Shown piece after piece: positions 25,409-34,812 of a stretch of 64,000 nt of DNA. Under the pieces are notes generated by a model. That model was not told the DNA's origin, ran no database searches, and saw only the letters and a program-made list of their open reading frames with translations. Position 1 is the stretch's first letter, and every line of letters begins with the position of its first letter. Made by a program: the position numbers and the translations under genes. Source of the DNA: Zoogloea sp. (GTDB lineage: Bacteria > Pseudomonadota > Gammaproteobacteria > Burkholderiales > Rhodocyclaceae); the NCBI RefSeq assembly GCF_028693495.1, contig NZ_JAQUVG010000003.1, positions 8,416 to 72,415 of the forward strand, given 5' to 3'.

Positions 25409-26363
25409 GCAACATCTCCTCCAGGCCCTCCGCCAACCCGACCCGGGCCTCCCAGCCGAGCTCACAGGCAATCCGCGCAGGTGAATGGCAGGCGGACCCC
25501 AGCAGCCGCTCCAGCACGTCCTTGTCGAAGGGAAGGCGCCGCCTCATCAGCACCTCGCCCACGTCTCCCAGACGAGCCAGCCCGACGAGGAGCGGACGCG
25601 GAACGGCCCAGCCCAGGGGCGGCAGCCCGAGCACCGCCCGCAGGGCATCGTACAGCCCGCGTCCCGAAGGTGCCTGGGCGTGTGCAACGGTATAGGTCCG
25701 CCCCGCAGCCTGGGGCGCCGTCAGCGCCAGCTCGATGGCCGCCACCAGATCGCTCACATGCACCAGGGAGCGCCGATTTCCGGTCTCTGGCAAGGGCGGG
25801 AAAAAACCCCGGCGGATCAGGGCCGCCATGCGCTCCAGGTTGCCCCGCCCCCCCGCGCCATACACCATGGCCGGGCGCAGGATCACCACCTCCATGCCGT
25901 AGCGCTGACCCGTTTCCAGAAGAGCCTCTTCCGCAGCCCGCTTGGCCCGCCCGTAGTCGGAGACCGGAGGCAACGGCCACTCCTCATCGGCACACGCCTC
26001 TCCCGGCTCCCCCACCGCCTTGACGCTGGACAGGAAGACAAAACGCCCGACTCCCGCTCGCCCAGCGGCCTCCGCCAGGTGACGGGTCCCTTCAAAGTTG
26101 ACCCTCCAGTGTCGTTGCACCTCTGCCGGCCCGAAGGCGCCAAAGGCATGGGCATGGCCCGCACAATGGACCACCCGGCGCACCCCTCCACAGGCCACCG
26201 CCAGGGCCGCCGCCTCGGCCAGGTCCCCCTGGCACTCATGAGGCACGTGCGGACGGCCACGCGTCAGCACCCGAAGGGGCGTGCCCTGCGCTGCCAGACG
26301 GGTCACCAGACGCCGGCCTATGAAGCCCCGGCCACCCGTGATCAGGATGGACGCCGGATTCAG
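25398..26363 (-). CDS. NAD-dependent nucleotide-sugar epimerase/dehydratase (WbpV/WbpK-like); probable CTG start
   Basis: SDR-extended body. The Rossmann motif ILITGGRGFIGRRLV lies upstream of the first canonical start (GTG 26306), in the same open frame. The only start-like codon is CTG 26363, in a CTGA overlap with the ligase stop. Confidence 0.78.
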   Translation of the reverse strand: MNPASILITGGRGFIGRRLVTRLAAQGTPLRVLTRGRPHVPHECQGDLAEAAALAVACGGVRRVVHCAGHAHAFGAFGPAEVQRHWRVNFEGTRHLAEAAGRAGVGRFVFLSSVKAVGEPGEACADEEWPLPPVSDYGRAKRAAEEALLETGQRYGMEVVILRPAMVYGAGGRGNLERMAALIRRGFFPPLPETGNRRSLVHVSDLVAAIELALTAPQAAGRTYTVAHAQAPSGRGLYDALRAVLGLPPLGWAVPRPLLVGLARLGDVGEVLMRRRLPFDKDVLERLLGSACHSPARIACELGWEARVGLAEGLEEMLHGR

Positions 26364-27208
26364 AAAGCCTCCCGGGGACGCAGAAAGCTGGCAAAGCGGG
26401 GGACTCCATCCCGGGTCAGCTGGCGGTAACGATAGGTGATCTGACTCCCGACTGGGGGCGGGCTGCGCCGCTCCGCGTCGGTAAAGCCGGTACCGATCCG
26501 GAAACGACGCCCCTCGGGCGTCTCCACCACAAGCGCCCCCAGCAAACCGGTCAGGCGCCCTTTGCCCGGCAGATGGGCCACCACGATGGCCTCCGCATCC
26601 TGCTGCGGCTTCAGCTTGAGCAGGACGTCGCTACGCCCGGTGAGATAAGGAGCATCGGCCCGATGGAGCATCAATCCCTCGCCCCCTTCGCGCACCACTT
26701 CCTCCAGACGGGTCTGCAGTGCCGGACGGTCAGCAATCCGGAACTGCTCCACCGCCTGCAGCCAGGGCGTGCCGCTGCGCTCCACCAGCAAGCGGATCGC
26801 CTCGACCCGGGCCGTGAAATCACCGGGTGCTCCGGGTAACTCGAAGACCATGTAGCGCACCTGCCGCCAGGCTTCGTCATCGGGTTGAAGGCGCCGGACG
26901 GTGGCCGACAGGGCCTCGAAACGACCTCGTCCGAGCCAGAGCTCCCCGTCCAGGGAATGCTGCCTGGGCAGCCCCGCCACGAACCAGTCGGGGGCCGGCA
27001 CCACATTCCCACTGCGAAAGCGCAGGACCTTGCCGTCCCACAAGGCCCGCACACCGTCAAGCTTTTCGCTGACCCAGTAATCCGCCGGCGCGACCGCCCC
27101 TTTCAGGGTTTCCGCCAGCAGCAGCAGCGGCGCAGCCGTCCCCACAGCGGGGGTAACAGCCAGAACCAGCATGAGCGCCCACGCCCGTAAACAGGATTTC
27201 AGAACCAT
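26360..27208 (-). CDS. Minimal ATP-dependent DNA ligase with N-terminal signal peptide (Lig E type)
   Basis: Adenylation motif I SEKLDGVRA (KxDG), then EGLMLHR, LLKLKP and an OB-fold tail ending PRFASFLRPR. The N-terminus MVLKSCLRAWALMLVLAVTPAVGTAAP looks like a Sec signal. ATG 27208 is preferred over the track's TTG 27214. Confidence 0.85.
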   Translation of the reverse strand: MVLKSCLRAWALMLVLAVTPAVGTAAPLLLLAETLKGAVAPADYWVSEKLDGVRALWDGKVLRFRSGNVVPAPDWFVAGLPRQHSLDGELWLGRGRFEALSATVRRLQPDDEAWRQVRYMVFELPGAPGDFTARVEAIRLLVERSGTPWLQAVEQFRIADRPALQTRLEEVVREGGEGLMLHRADAPYLTGRSDVLLKLKPQQDAEAIVVAHLPGKGRLTGLLGALVVETPEGRRFRIGTGFTDAERRSPPPVGSQITYRYRQLTRDGVPRFASFLRPREAF

Positions 27209-27987
27209 TTCCAACCATGCACCCGAAAGAAGGTCGCCGCCGAACGGACGAACAGACCAACGTGGCGCAGCCCCTTGCGCGCCGCATGACCGCCATGATG
27301 CACTACCCGGACCGCCGGAACATATGCCAATCGTGTTTTTTCAGCCGCTCGCAGGCTCAGGTCGAAATCCTCGAAATACAGAAAAAAGCGCTCATCGAAA
27401 CCGCCCAGCTCGCGCAGGACAGAGGACCGGAACAGCATGCAGCAGCCACTCACGATGGGGGGGTCCCAGAGCACCTGATCACCGATCCGGTCACGCATTT
27501 CGTAGTGCCCCAGGCGCCCTGCACAACGGGCCTTCAGCCACCCCGGGGCAAAGCCCCGCAGAAACAGATCGAAGACGCTGGGCCTGCGCTTGCACAGATA
27601 CTGGACACGCCCGTCATCCCAGCGGGCCGACGGCACCAGCAAGCCACACTCCGGGTGAGCCCGCATGAAGTCACGGGCCTCGCGCAGGGCGTCGGGAGCC
27701 AGTTCGAGGTCAGGGTTGAGGATCAGATGAAACGCCCCGGCCCCCTCCAGGCTCAGGTTGTGCCCCCGCCCGAAGCCGACATTGCCATGCCCCTGCAGCA
27801 CCCGCACCTGCCACGCCTCCGGCAGCCGCAGCCCTGCCAGCGCGGCCGCGCTTTGGCCATTGTCGATCAGGAAGAGCTCAGGGACCCAGGCGGCCTCATC
27901 ACAGGCACGCACAAGGGAGGTCAGGGTTGCCTCCAGCAAGCGGGGATCCGGCCGGTAGAGGACGACACTGACCGTCAGACGTTCCAT
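27199..27987 (-). CDS. Glycosyltransferase family 2
   Basis: VSVVLYRPD...IDNGQS... followed by a DxD-type region (YFEDFDL), 262 aa, GT-A fold pattern. Confidence 0.82.
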   Translation of the reverse strand: MERLTVSVVLYRPDPRLLEATLTSLVRACDEAAWVPELFLIDNGQSAAALAGLRLPEAWQVRVLQGHGNVGFGRGHNLSLEGAGAFHLILNPDLELAPDALREARDFMRAHPECGLLVPSARWDDGRVQYLCKRRPSVFDLFLRGFAPGWLKARCAGRLGHYEMRDRIGDQVLWDPPIVSGCCMLFRSSVLRELGGFDERFFLYFEDFDLSLRAAEKTRLAYVPAVRVVHHGGHAARKGLRHVGLFVRSAATFFRVHGWKWF

Positions 27988-28039
27988 GGGTGAACTCCCG
28001 GCGGAAGCGTTTCATCCGGAAGGGCGAGTCTGGAGCGGA

Positions 28040-29047
28040 TCAAACCTGGTAGTAGGCGCGATACCACTCCACAAAGCGGGCGACCCCCACGTCCACCGGC
28101 GTGGCCGGAACGAAGCCCGTCCAGGCGTTGAGGGCATCCGTATTGGCATAGGTGGCCGGCACATCCCCATCCTGGAGAGGCAGGAAATTCTTCTCGGCCT
28201 GTTTGCCCAGTGCGTTTTCGATGGCTTCAACAAAGGCCATCAGCTCCACAGGATTGTTGTTGCCGATGTTGAAGACCCGGTAAGGCACGTTGCTGGTACC
28301 GGGATTGGGCAGGTCTGCGTTGTAGAGCGGATCGGCCTCCGCAGTGTGGTCGAGGGTCTTGATCACGCCCTGAACGATGTCATCCACGTAGGTGAAGTCA
28401 CGCTTCATCTTGCCGTGGTTGAACACGTCGATGGGCCGTCCCTCAAGGATCGCCTTCGTGAACAGGAACAACGCCATGTCCGGGCGCCCCCAGGGACCAT
28501 ACACCGTGAAGAAGCGCAGGCCAGTCGTGGGCAACCCATACAGATGGCTGTAGGTATGGGCCATCAGCTCGTTGGCTTTCTTGGTAGCCGCATAGATGCT
28601 GACCGGGTGGTCGACACTGTCCTCTTCCGAGAAAGGCATTCTGGTATTGCCGCCATACACACTGGAGCTGGATGCATACACCAGATGCTGCACCCGATGA
28701 TGGCGGCAGCCTTCCAGGATGTTCATGAAACCCACCAGGTTGCTTTCCACGTAGGCGTGGGGATTCACCAGGGAGTAACGCACACCCGCCTGGGCAGCCA
28801 GGTGGATCACCTTGTCGAACTTTTCCTCGGCAAACAGCTTTTCCATGCCGGCCTGATCGGCCACATCCAGCTTGATGAAACGGAAATTGTCGTGAGGAGT
28901 CAGGCGCGCCAGACGATCGTGCTTGAGCTGGACGTCGTAGTAATCATTCAGGTTGTCGAGGCCGACCACATGGTCACCCCGTGCCAGCAGGACCTGACTG
29001 GCCTGCATGCCGATAAAGCCGGCGGCGCCGGTAACGAGAATTTTCAT
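28040..29047 (-). CDS. NAD-dependent UDP-glucuronate 4-epimerase-like protein (CapI/WbnF family)
   Basis: Start moved to ATG 29047. [42 protein letters not shown], and YASSSSVYG...YAATKKANE (YxxxK). Confidence 0.9.
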   Translation of the reverse strand: MKILVTGAAGFIGMQASQVLLARGDHVVGLDNLNDYYDVQLKHDRLARLTPHDNFRFIKLDVADQAGMEKLFAEEKFDKVIHLAAQAGVRYSLVNPHAYVESNLVGFMNILEGCRHHRVQHLVYASSSSVYGGNTRMPFSEEDSVDHPVSIYAATKKANELMAHTYSHLYGLPTTGLRFFTVYGPWGRPDMALFLFTKAILEGRPIDVFNHGKMKRDFTYVDDIVQGVIKTLDHTAEADPLYNADLPNPGTSNVPYRVFNIGNNNPVELMAFVEAIENALGKQAEKNFLPLQDGDVPATYANTDALNAWTGFVPATPVDVGVARFVEWYRAYYQV

Positions 29048-29225
29048 GGTCGCGAAACTGCCTGAAATGGGAAAACCGGACCGATTTGGCACACAACGAC
29101 ATTGGAATGCCAAGTCAGATAGCCCGACATTCTGGCATGCTGCTCCGCAGCGGTAAATCCATCTGTCACCCTGCGCGTGGCGTCTGTAACGGCCGTTATA
29201 CTTTTACACCGTCCCGCCACCAGGC

Positions 29226-30518
29226 ATGAACTTGACTCTCCGTATCCTGTACACCCTCGTCTGGCACCTCGCCCTGCCGCTGATCGGGCTGCGCCTGCTC
29301 TGGCGTGCCCGGCGCCAGCCGGAATACCTGCAGCATGTAGGCGAACGCTTTGGCCGCTATCCGGACCGGGTGGCGGGTCCCGTGATCTGGCTACACGCAG
29401 TTTCTGTCGGAGAGACCCGCGCAGCGGCCCCCCTGATTCATGCCCTGCTCGCAGCCCACCCCGACTGCCGGCTGCTGCTCACGCACATGACCCCCACCGG
29501 GCGGGCTACCGGGGTCGAGCTCTTTGGCGCCCTGAGTCCACGGGTACGCAGCGTCTATCTACCCTACGACCTGCCCTGGGCCATGCAGCGCTTCCTCAAG
29601 CACTTCCGGCCACGCCTGGGGATCCTGATGGAAACCGAACTGTGGCCCAACCTGATTGAAGCCTGCCACCAGCGACACATTCCCCTGGCCCTGGTCAACG
29701 GACGCCTGTCCGAACGCTCGGCCCGGGGCTACGCCCGGATCGGAACCCTCGCCCGGGACGCCTTTGCCCACCTGTCGGCGATTGGCGCCCAGACCGAAGC
29801 GGACGCCCAGCGGATGACTGCACTGGGAGCCCGCTATCTGAGCGTGACCGGCAACATCAAGTTCGACATCGCTCCTCCCCCAGCGATGGACGCCCTCGGC
29901 GCCACATTCCGCAACCGCATCGGCCCCCGCCAGATCCTCCTGGCCGCAAGCACCCGGGAAGGTGAAGAAGAGCCGCTGCTGGAGGCATTTGCCCGCCTGG
30001 CCGGGCCGGAAGTCCTGCTGCTGCTGGTCCCACGCCACCCCCAACGCTTTGGCGAGGTGGAGCGGCTGGTCCAGCGCTGCGGCCTGACCCTGCAATTGCG
30101 CTCCCAGGCGGTCCCGGTAATGGCGGATACCCGGGTCTGGCTGGGAGACTCCATGGGCGAAATGCACGCCTACTACGGCGCAGCCCACGTGGCGCTCATT
30201 GGTGGCTCCTGGAAGGAGCTGGGGGGCCAGAATCCCATCGAGGCCTGCCAGATGGGCTGTCCGGTCATCGTCGGCCCCCACACCTTCAACTTCAAGGCGG
30301 TGTGCGAACAAGCCATCGAAGCGGGCGCCGCCTTGCGGGCTGGCGCTATCGAGGAAGGCCTGAAGCAGGCACTGCTGCTCCTGGACACCCCCACCCGCAG
30401 GGCCAGCATGGGCGCAGCAGGAAGGGAGTTTGCCCAATCCCATCGGGGGGCTACGGCCCGTACCGTCACCCTGCTGATGCCCCTTTACCGGGGCTCTCAT
30501 CCCCAGCCCGGCCAATGA
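29226..30518 (+). CDS. waaA: 3-deoxy-D-manno-octulosonic acid (Kdo) transferase
   Basis: LYTLVWHLALPL...PEYLQHVGERFG...IWLHAVSVGETRAA is the characteristic KdtA/WaaA N-terminus; 430 aa. Confidence 0.92.
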   Translation: MNLTLRILYTLVWHLALPLIGLRLLWRARRQPEYLQHVGERFGRYPDRVAGPVIWLHAVSVGETRAAAPLIHALLAAHPDCRLLLTHMTPTGRATGVELFGALSPRVRSVYLPYDLPWAMQRFLKHFRPRLGILMETELWPNLIEACHQRHIPLALVNGRLSERSARGYARIGTLARDAFAHLSAIGAQTEADAQRMTALGARYLSVTGNIKFDIAPPPAMDALGATFRNRIGPRQILLAASTREGEEEPLLEAFARLAGPEVLLLLVPRHPQRFGEVERLVQRCGLTLQLRSQAVPVMADTRVWLGDSMGEMHAYYGAAHVALIGGSWKELGGQNPIEACQMGCPVIVGPHTFNFKAVCEQAIEAGAALRAGAIEEGLKQALLLLDTPTRRASMGAAGREFAQSHRGATARTVTLLMPLYRGSHPQPGQ

Positions 30519-30528
30519 GGCCAAGGAT

Positions 30529-31422
30529 TCAGGCTGCCAGCAGGTAATCCAGGACCCACCCACCGAAGATCACCGCCCCCACCCAGTTGTTGTGCAGAAA
30601 GGCCTTGAAGCAGCGGGGCCGGTCCCGGTCGCGGATCAGGATGTAGTGATAAATCATGAGCACCGCTGCAGCCCCCAGCCCCGCCAGAAAGTACATTCCC
30701 CGACCGGTGTGCAGCCCGACCCAGGCCAGCAGCGCCAGGGTTAGCCCGTAACAGAGCATGATGGCCGTGACCTCGAAGCGGCCGAAGGTGATCGCCGAAG
30801 TCCTGATGCCGATTTTCAGGTCATCGGGACGGTCCACCATCGCGTACTCGGTATCGTAGGCCACCGCCCAGAACACATTGGCCAGCAGCATCACCCAGGC
30901 CTCCAGGGGCACCTGGCCCTGCAGCGCCGCAAAGGCCATCGGAATTCCGAAACCGAAGGCCATCCCCAGGTAAGCCTGAGGAATCGCCAGAAAACGCTTG
31001 GTGAAGGGATAACTGCCGGCGAGGAAAACCGCCGGCACGCTGAGCAGGATGGTCAGCCCGTTGAGGGGCAGTACCAGCAGGAAGGACACCAGGGCCAGGG
31101 CCGCCGCGAGCCCCAGGGCCTCCCCGGGGCGGACCCGCCGGGCAGCCAGGGGGCGGTTGCGGGTACGTTCCACATGCCCGTCGAAATCCTTATCGGCATA
31201 ATCGTTGATCACGCAGCCTGCCGAACGCATCAGCACCGTACCGACCACGAAGATCGCCACCACCCACGCCACCGGCCGGCCGTCACTGGCGACCCACAGG
31301 GCCCACAAGGTCGGCCACAGCAGCAGCAGGATTCCGATCGGCTTGTCGATACGCATCAATCGGGCGTATTCGGCGAGGCGCTGGGACAGGGTCAGCTCAG
31401 GAAAGGGACTCAAGATACTCAT
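30529..31422 (-). CDS. ubiA: 4-hydroxybenzoate polyprenyltransferase
   Basis: Start moved to ATG 31422. [22 protein letters not shown] and [21 protein letters not shown] (UbiA motif). Confidence 0.93.
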   Translation of the reverse strand: MSILSPFPELTLSQRLAEYARLMRIDKPIGILLLLWPTLWALWVASDGRPVAWVVAIFVVGTVLMRSAGCVINDYADKDFDGHVERTRNRPLAARRVRPGEALGLAAALALVSFLLVLPLNGLTILLSVPAVFLAGSYPFTKRFLAIPQAYLGMAFGFGIPMAFAALQGQVPLEAWVMLLANVFWAVAYDTEYAMVDRPDDLKIGIRTSAITFGRFEVTAIMLCYGLTLALLAWVGLHTGRGMYFLAGLGAAAVLMIYHYILIRDRDRPRCFKAFLHNNWVGAVIFGGWVLDYLLAA

Positions 31423-31973
31423 GGGGCAAGCGCTCCTATGGCAGGCAAAAAGGCTTCGGTGACCAGCAGCGGGGAACCGCAACGCCAGAAGGCGGAGCGT
31501 CGCGCCCACAGGGGTGGCAGGTCGGGCATCCCGGTGGCCCGGGCGGCATGATGCCAGCGGGTATCCCGGCCATCCAGGCGGGCCGCCTCGAGGGGCGAAC
31601 GGCGCACCCGGGGATCATCGAAGAGCACTGCCGCCAGGGGGCGTGCGCCCAAGCCATGGAGGAGGTGCCAGGCAGCAGGAATGCGGGTATCCACCACCAG
31701 CGAACGGGCAAACACCACTGGCCGCCCATCCGCCATCAGCAGGACTTCCCGGATCCACAGTTCGCCATGCCCATGCACCCCCAGGGCCGCCAGTTCATCC
31801 GGCATCACCCGCCCCTTGCCCTGGCTCACCACCCGCAGGGAGAAGCGCTCACATCGACTGCGGATGCGCGCCGTCAGGGAACGGTCATCAGTCAGCCAGC
31901 CCCGCATCGCCCTGGGAGCCTGCCAGGCAGCCATGCGGAAGGGATCACGGCCCGGAAAGTGGGCAAGGGTCAT
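31419..31973 (-). CDS. ubiC: Chorismate pyruvate-lyase
   Basis: [13 protein letters not shown]...[19 protein letters not shown] pattern, and an ATGA overlap with the ubiA start. The N-terminal boundary is uncertain (in-frame starts at 32054, 31973, 31934). Confidence 0.78.
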   Translation of the reverse strand: MTLAHFPGRDPFRMAAWQAPRAMRGWLTDDRSLTARIRSRCERFSLRVVSQGKGRVMPDELAALGVHGHGELWIREVLLMADGRPVVFARSLVVDTRIPAAWHLLHGLGARPLAAVLFDDPRVRRSPLEAARLDGRDTRWHHAARATGMPDLPPLWARRSAFWRCGSPLLVTEAFLPAIGALAP

Positions 31974-32149
31974 CGGAACAGGGAAAGAGGCAAAGGGCCG
32001 TATTGTGATCACTCGGGGATCAAGAGTGAAGGGGCGGGGTTCCCGCGCAGACACGCCGCCGCGATCGCGGCCAGGGTCGCCCTGCCCCCGAGACAGGTGG
32101 CTGCGGACACCCCCTGGCCGCAGGCCACGGCCGTAACGGCACGGGGCTA

Positions 32150-34285
32150 TCAGGCCTTGAGCAGGCTGGCCCGTCCGCCGAACCAGCGGGCGGTGATGGC
32201 ATCGGCCACCTGCGGGGCATCGCGCAAAATCTCTTCGGCCAGGCCGCGGGCGATGTCCACCAGCACTGCATCCTCCTCCAGGTCGGCATAGCGCAGCAGG
32301 GGCACACCACTCTGGCGGGCACCGATGAACTCCCCAGGGCCCCGGATGCGCAAGTCCTCGCGGGCAATCACGAAACCGTCAGTGTGCTCATAGATGGCCT
32401 TCAGGCGCTCACGGCCGGTCTGGGACAGGGGTTGGGCGAACAACAGGATGCACACGGACTCATGCACCCCCCGGCCCACCCGGCCACGCAACTGATGGAG
32501 CTGGGCCAGACCGAAGCGCTCCGCGTGCTCGATGACCATCAGGCTGGCATTGGGCACATCCACGCCCACCTCGATCACCGTCGTGGCCACCAGCACCTGC
32601 ACCTCGTTGCCGATAAAGGCTGCCATCGTCGCCGATTTCTCGTCATTCTTGAGACGTCCATGCACCAGCCCCACCCGGAGTTCCGGCAGTGCCGCAGAAA
32701 GCATCTCGTAGCACTCCTCGGCGGTCTTGAGCTGGAGCGCCTCCGACTCCTCGATCAGCGGACACACCCAATAGGCCTGACGCCCCTCCAGACAGGCCTG
32801 GCGGACCCTCAGGATCACCTCGTCGCGGCGCTCGTCCTTGATGAGTTTGGTAACGATGGGGGTCCGCCCGGGCGGCAGCTCATCCAGGACCGACACGTCC
32901 AGGTCGGCGTAATAACTCATGGCGAGGGTCCGCGGAATGGGCGTGGCAGACATCATCAGCATGTGGGGCGACTCCCCGGCCTGGCCCTTCTCGCGCAGCG
33001 CCAGACGCTGGCGGACCCCGAAGCGGTGCTGCTCGTCCACCACGGCCAGGGCCAGCAGTGGCAGGGAAACCGGGTCCTCGATCAAGGCATGGGTGCCCAC
33101 CGCCAGCAGGATTTCAGCGCTGGCCAGGCGGGCAAGGGTGGCTTCCCGCTCCTTCTTGCGGCGGCTGCCTGACAGCCAGGCCACCTCGAGACCCAGAGGC
33201 GCCAGCCAGGCGGCGAGCTTGCGGTAATGCTGTTCGGCGAGGATCTCGGTGGGCGCCATCAGTACCGCCTGGCGACCGTTTTCAGCGGCCTGGAGCATGG
33301 CCAGGGCGGCCACGCAGGTCTTGCCGCTGCCCACATCCCCCTGCAGCAGGCGCTGCATGGGATGGGCCGAGGCCAGATCCCGGGCAATCTCCCCGAACGT
33401 CCGGGCCTGGGCGCCGGTCAGGGCAAACGGCAGCTGGCCGAGCAGGGCCCGGGTGAGGGTGTCATGCGGTGGCAGACTGGGCGCGTTCTTGGCCCGGCGG
33501 GCCGCATAGGCCCGGCGCAGGGAAATCTGCTGGGCCAGGAGCTCATCCAGCTTGATGCGCTGCCAGGCCGGATGGCCCCGGTCTTCGATGTCGGCGATGG
33601 CCATGGAGGGCGGCGGAGCATGAAGGGTGCGCAGGGCATCAGGCAGGGAAGGCAGGTGAAGGCGCTGGCGGAGCCCGTCCGGCAGCTCGTCGCGGAGGCC
33701 GTTGTGACGCAGGGCTCCCGTCACCAGCTTGCGCAGGGCCGACTGGGCGAGGCCCGCCGTGGTCGGATAGACCGGGGTGAGGCTCTCGGGCAGAGGCGCC
33801 CCGGGCTCCACCCCCCGCACCCGCGGATGGATCATCTCGAGGCCGAAAAAGCCCGGCCGCAGCTCACCGAACACCCGCAGGCATGCACCTGCGGCCATCT
33901 GCTTCTGCTGCGCGGCATAAAAATGCACAAAGCGCAGGGTGACCTCGCCGCTGGCATCCCTCGCCCGCACCACCAGCTGGCGCCGCCCACCCAGGGTGAT
34001 CTCGGAGGACAGCACCTCCACCTCACACTGGACGGCCACGCCGGGACGGGCATCCGCCAGCGGGGTCAGGCGGGTCTCGTCCTCGTAGCGCAGGGGAAGG
34101 TGCAGGATCAGGTCCGAGGGGCCGAAGACATCGATCTTCGCCAGCCGCTCCGCCAGCTGCGGCCCGACCCCGGGCCACCCTTTCAAGGCAGGCCGGGACC
34201 CAGTCCGGCCCTCACCCTTCGGCCGGCGCGCAGGCCCGGCCGGCAGCTCGGCGGGAACGAGGTCAGCAAGCGGCTCGGCGGACAT
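32150..34285 (-). CDS. recG: ATP-dependent DNA helicase RecG
   Basis: 711 aa. Wedge domain, then SF2 helicase motifs (LLQGDVGSGKT, DEQHRFG, MSATPIPRT, HGRLK..., QLHQLRGRVGRG). Confidence 0.95.
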   Translation of the reverse strand: MSAEPLADLVPAELPAGPARRPKGEGRTGSRPALKGWPGVGPQLAERLAKIDVFGPSDLILHLPLRYEDETRLTPLADARPGVAVQCEVEVLSSEITLGGRRQLVVRARDASGEVTLRFVHFYAAQQKQMAAGACLRVFGELRPGFFGLEMIHPRVRGVEPGAPLPESLTPVYPTTAGLAQSALRKLVTGALRHNGLRDELPDGLRQRLHLPSLPDALRTLHAPPPSMAIADIEDRGHPAWQRIKLDELLAQQISLRRAYAARRAKNAPSLPPHDTLTRALLGQLPFALTGAQARTFGEIARDLASAHPMQRLLQGDVGSGKTCVAALAMLQAAENGRQAVLMAPTEILAEQHYRKLAAWLAPLGLEVAWLSGSRRKKEREATLARLASAEILLAVGTHALIEDPVSLPLLALAVVDEQHRFGVRQRLALREKGQAGESPHMLMMSATPIPRTLAMSYYADLDVSVLDELPPGRTPIVTKLIKDERRDEVILRVRQACLEGRQAYWVCPLIEESEALQLKTAEECYEMLSAALPELRVGLVHGRLKNDEKSATMAAFIGNEVQVLVATTVIEVGVDVPNASLMVIEHAERFGLAQLHQLRGRVGRGVHESVCILLFAQPLSQTGRERLKAIYEHTDGFVIAREDLRIRGPGEFIGARQSGVPLLRYADLEEDAVLVDIARGLAEEILRDAPQVADAITARWFGGRASLLKA

Positions 34286-34301
34286 GACGGGAATGCACGG
34301 G

Positions 34302-34682
34302 TCAGCCGATCACCAGCACCGCATCCGCTTCCACCTGGGCACCCCGGGGCAGCTCCTTCACACCCACCGCAGCACGCGCCGGGTAAGGCTCGGTGAAGTA
34401 GCGGGCCATGATCTCGTTGACCTGGGCAAAATTGGCCAGGTCAGTCAGGTAGATGTTGAGCTTGACCACATCCGCGAGACGGCCTCCGGCCGCTTCGGCC
34501 ACCGCCTTCAGGTTTTCGAAGACGCGCACGGTCTGGGCCTCGAAGCCTTCCACCAGCAGCATCGAGGCCGGGTCGAGGCCGATCTGGCCAGACAGGTAGA
34601 CGGTGTTGCCGGCCTTCACGGCCTGGGAATAAGTGCCGATGGCCGCAGGGGCATTCGGGGTGGCGATGATCTCTTTGGTCAT
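34302..34682 (-). CDS. ridA: RidA/YjgF-family reactive intermediate deaminase
   Basis: Start moved to ATG 34682. [22 protein letters not shown]...[18 protein letters not shown]. Confidence 0.92.
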   Translation of the reverse strand: MTKEIIATPNAPAAIGTYSQAVKAGNTVYLSGQIGLDPASMLLVEGFEAQTVRVFENLKAVAEAAGGRLADVVKLNIYLTDLANFAQVNEIMARYFTEPYPARAAVGVKELPRGAQVEADAVLVIG

Positions 34683-34812
34683 TGATGGGCTCCGGAGCAA
34701 GGTGGACCGCCGTGGCGGCAGGAAATTGGCAAAGGGGGGAGTTTACCCTGCTCCTGCAGCCTGCACGGCAATGGCAAGATGCGGGTTTGGCCTGCTTGAA
34801 CCGGAAGATCCC

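Noticed and set aside
29087-29101. TGGCAC motif between the capI-like gene and waaA, considered as a sigma-54 promoter.
   Set aside because: The -12 element is missing: the TGGCAC is followed by ACAAC and then GACA, instead of N5-TTGC.
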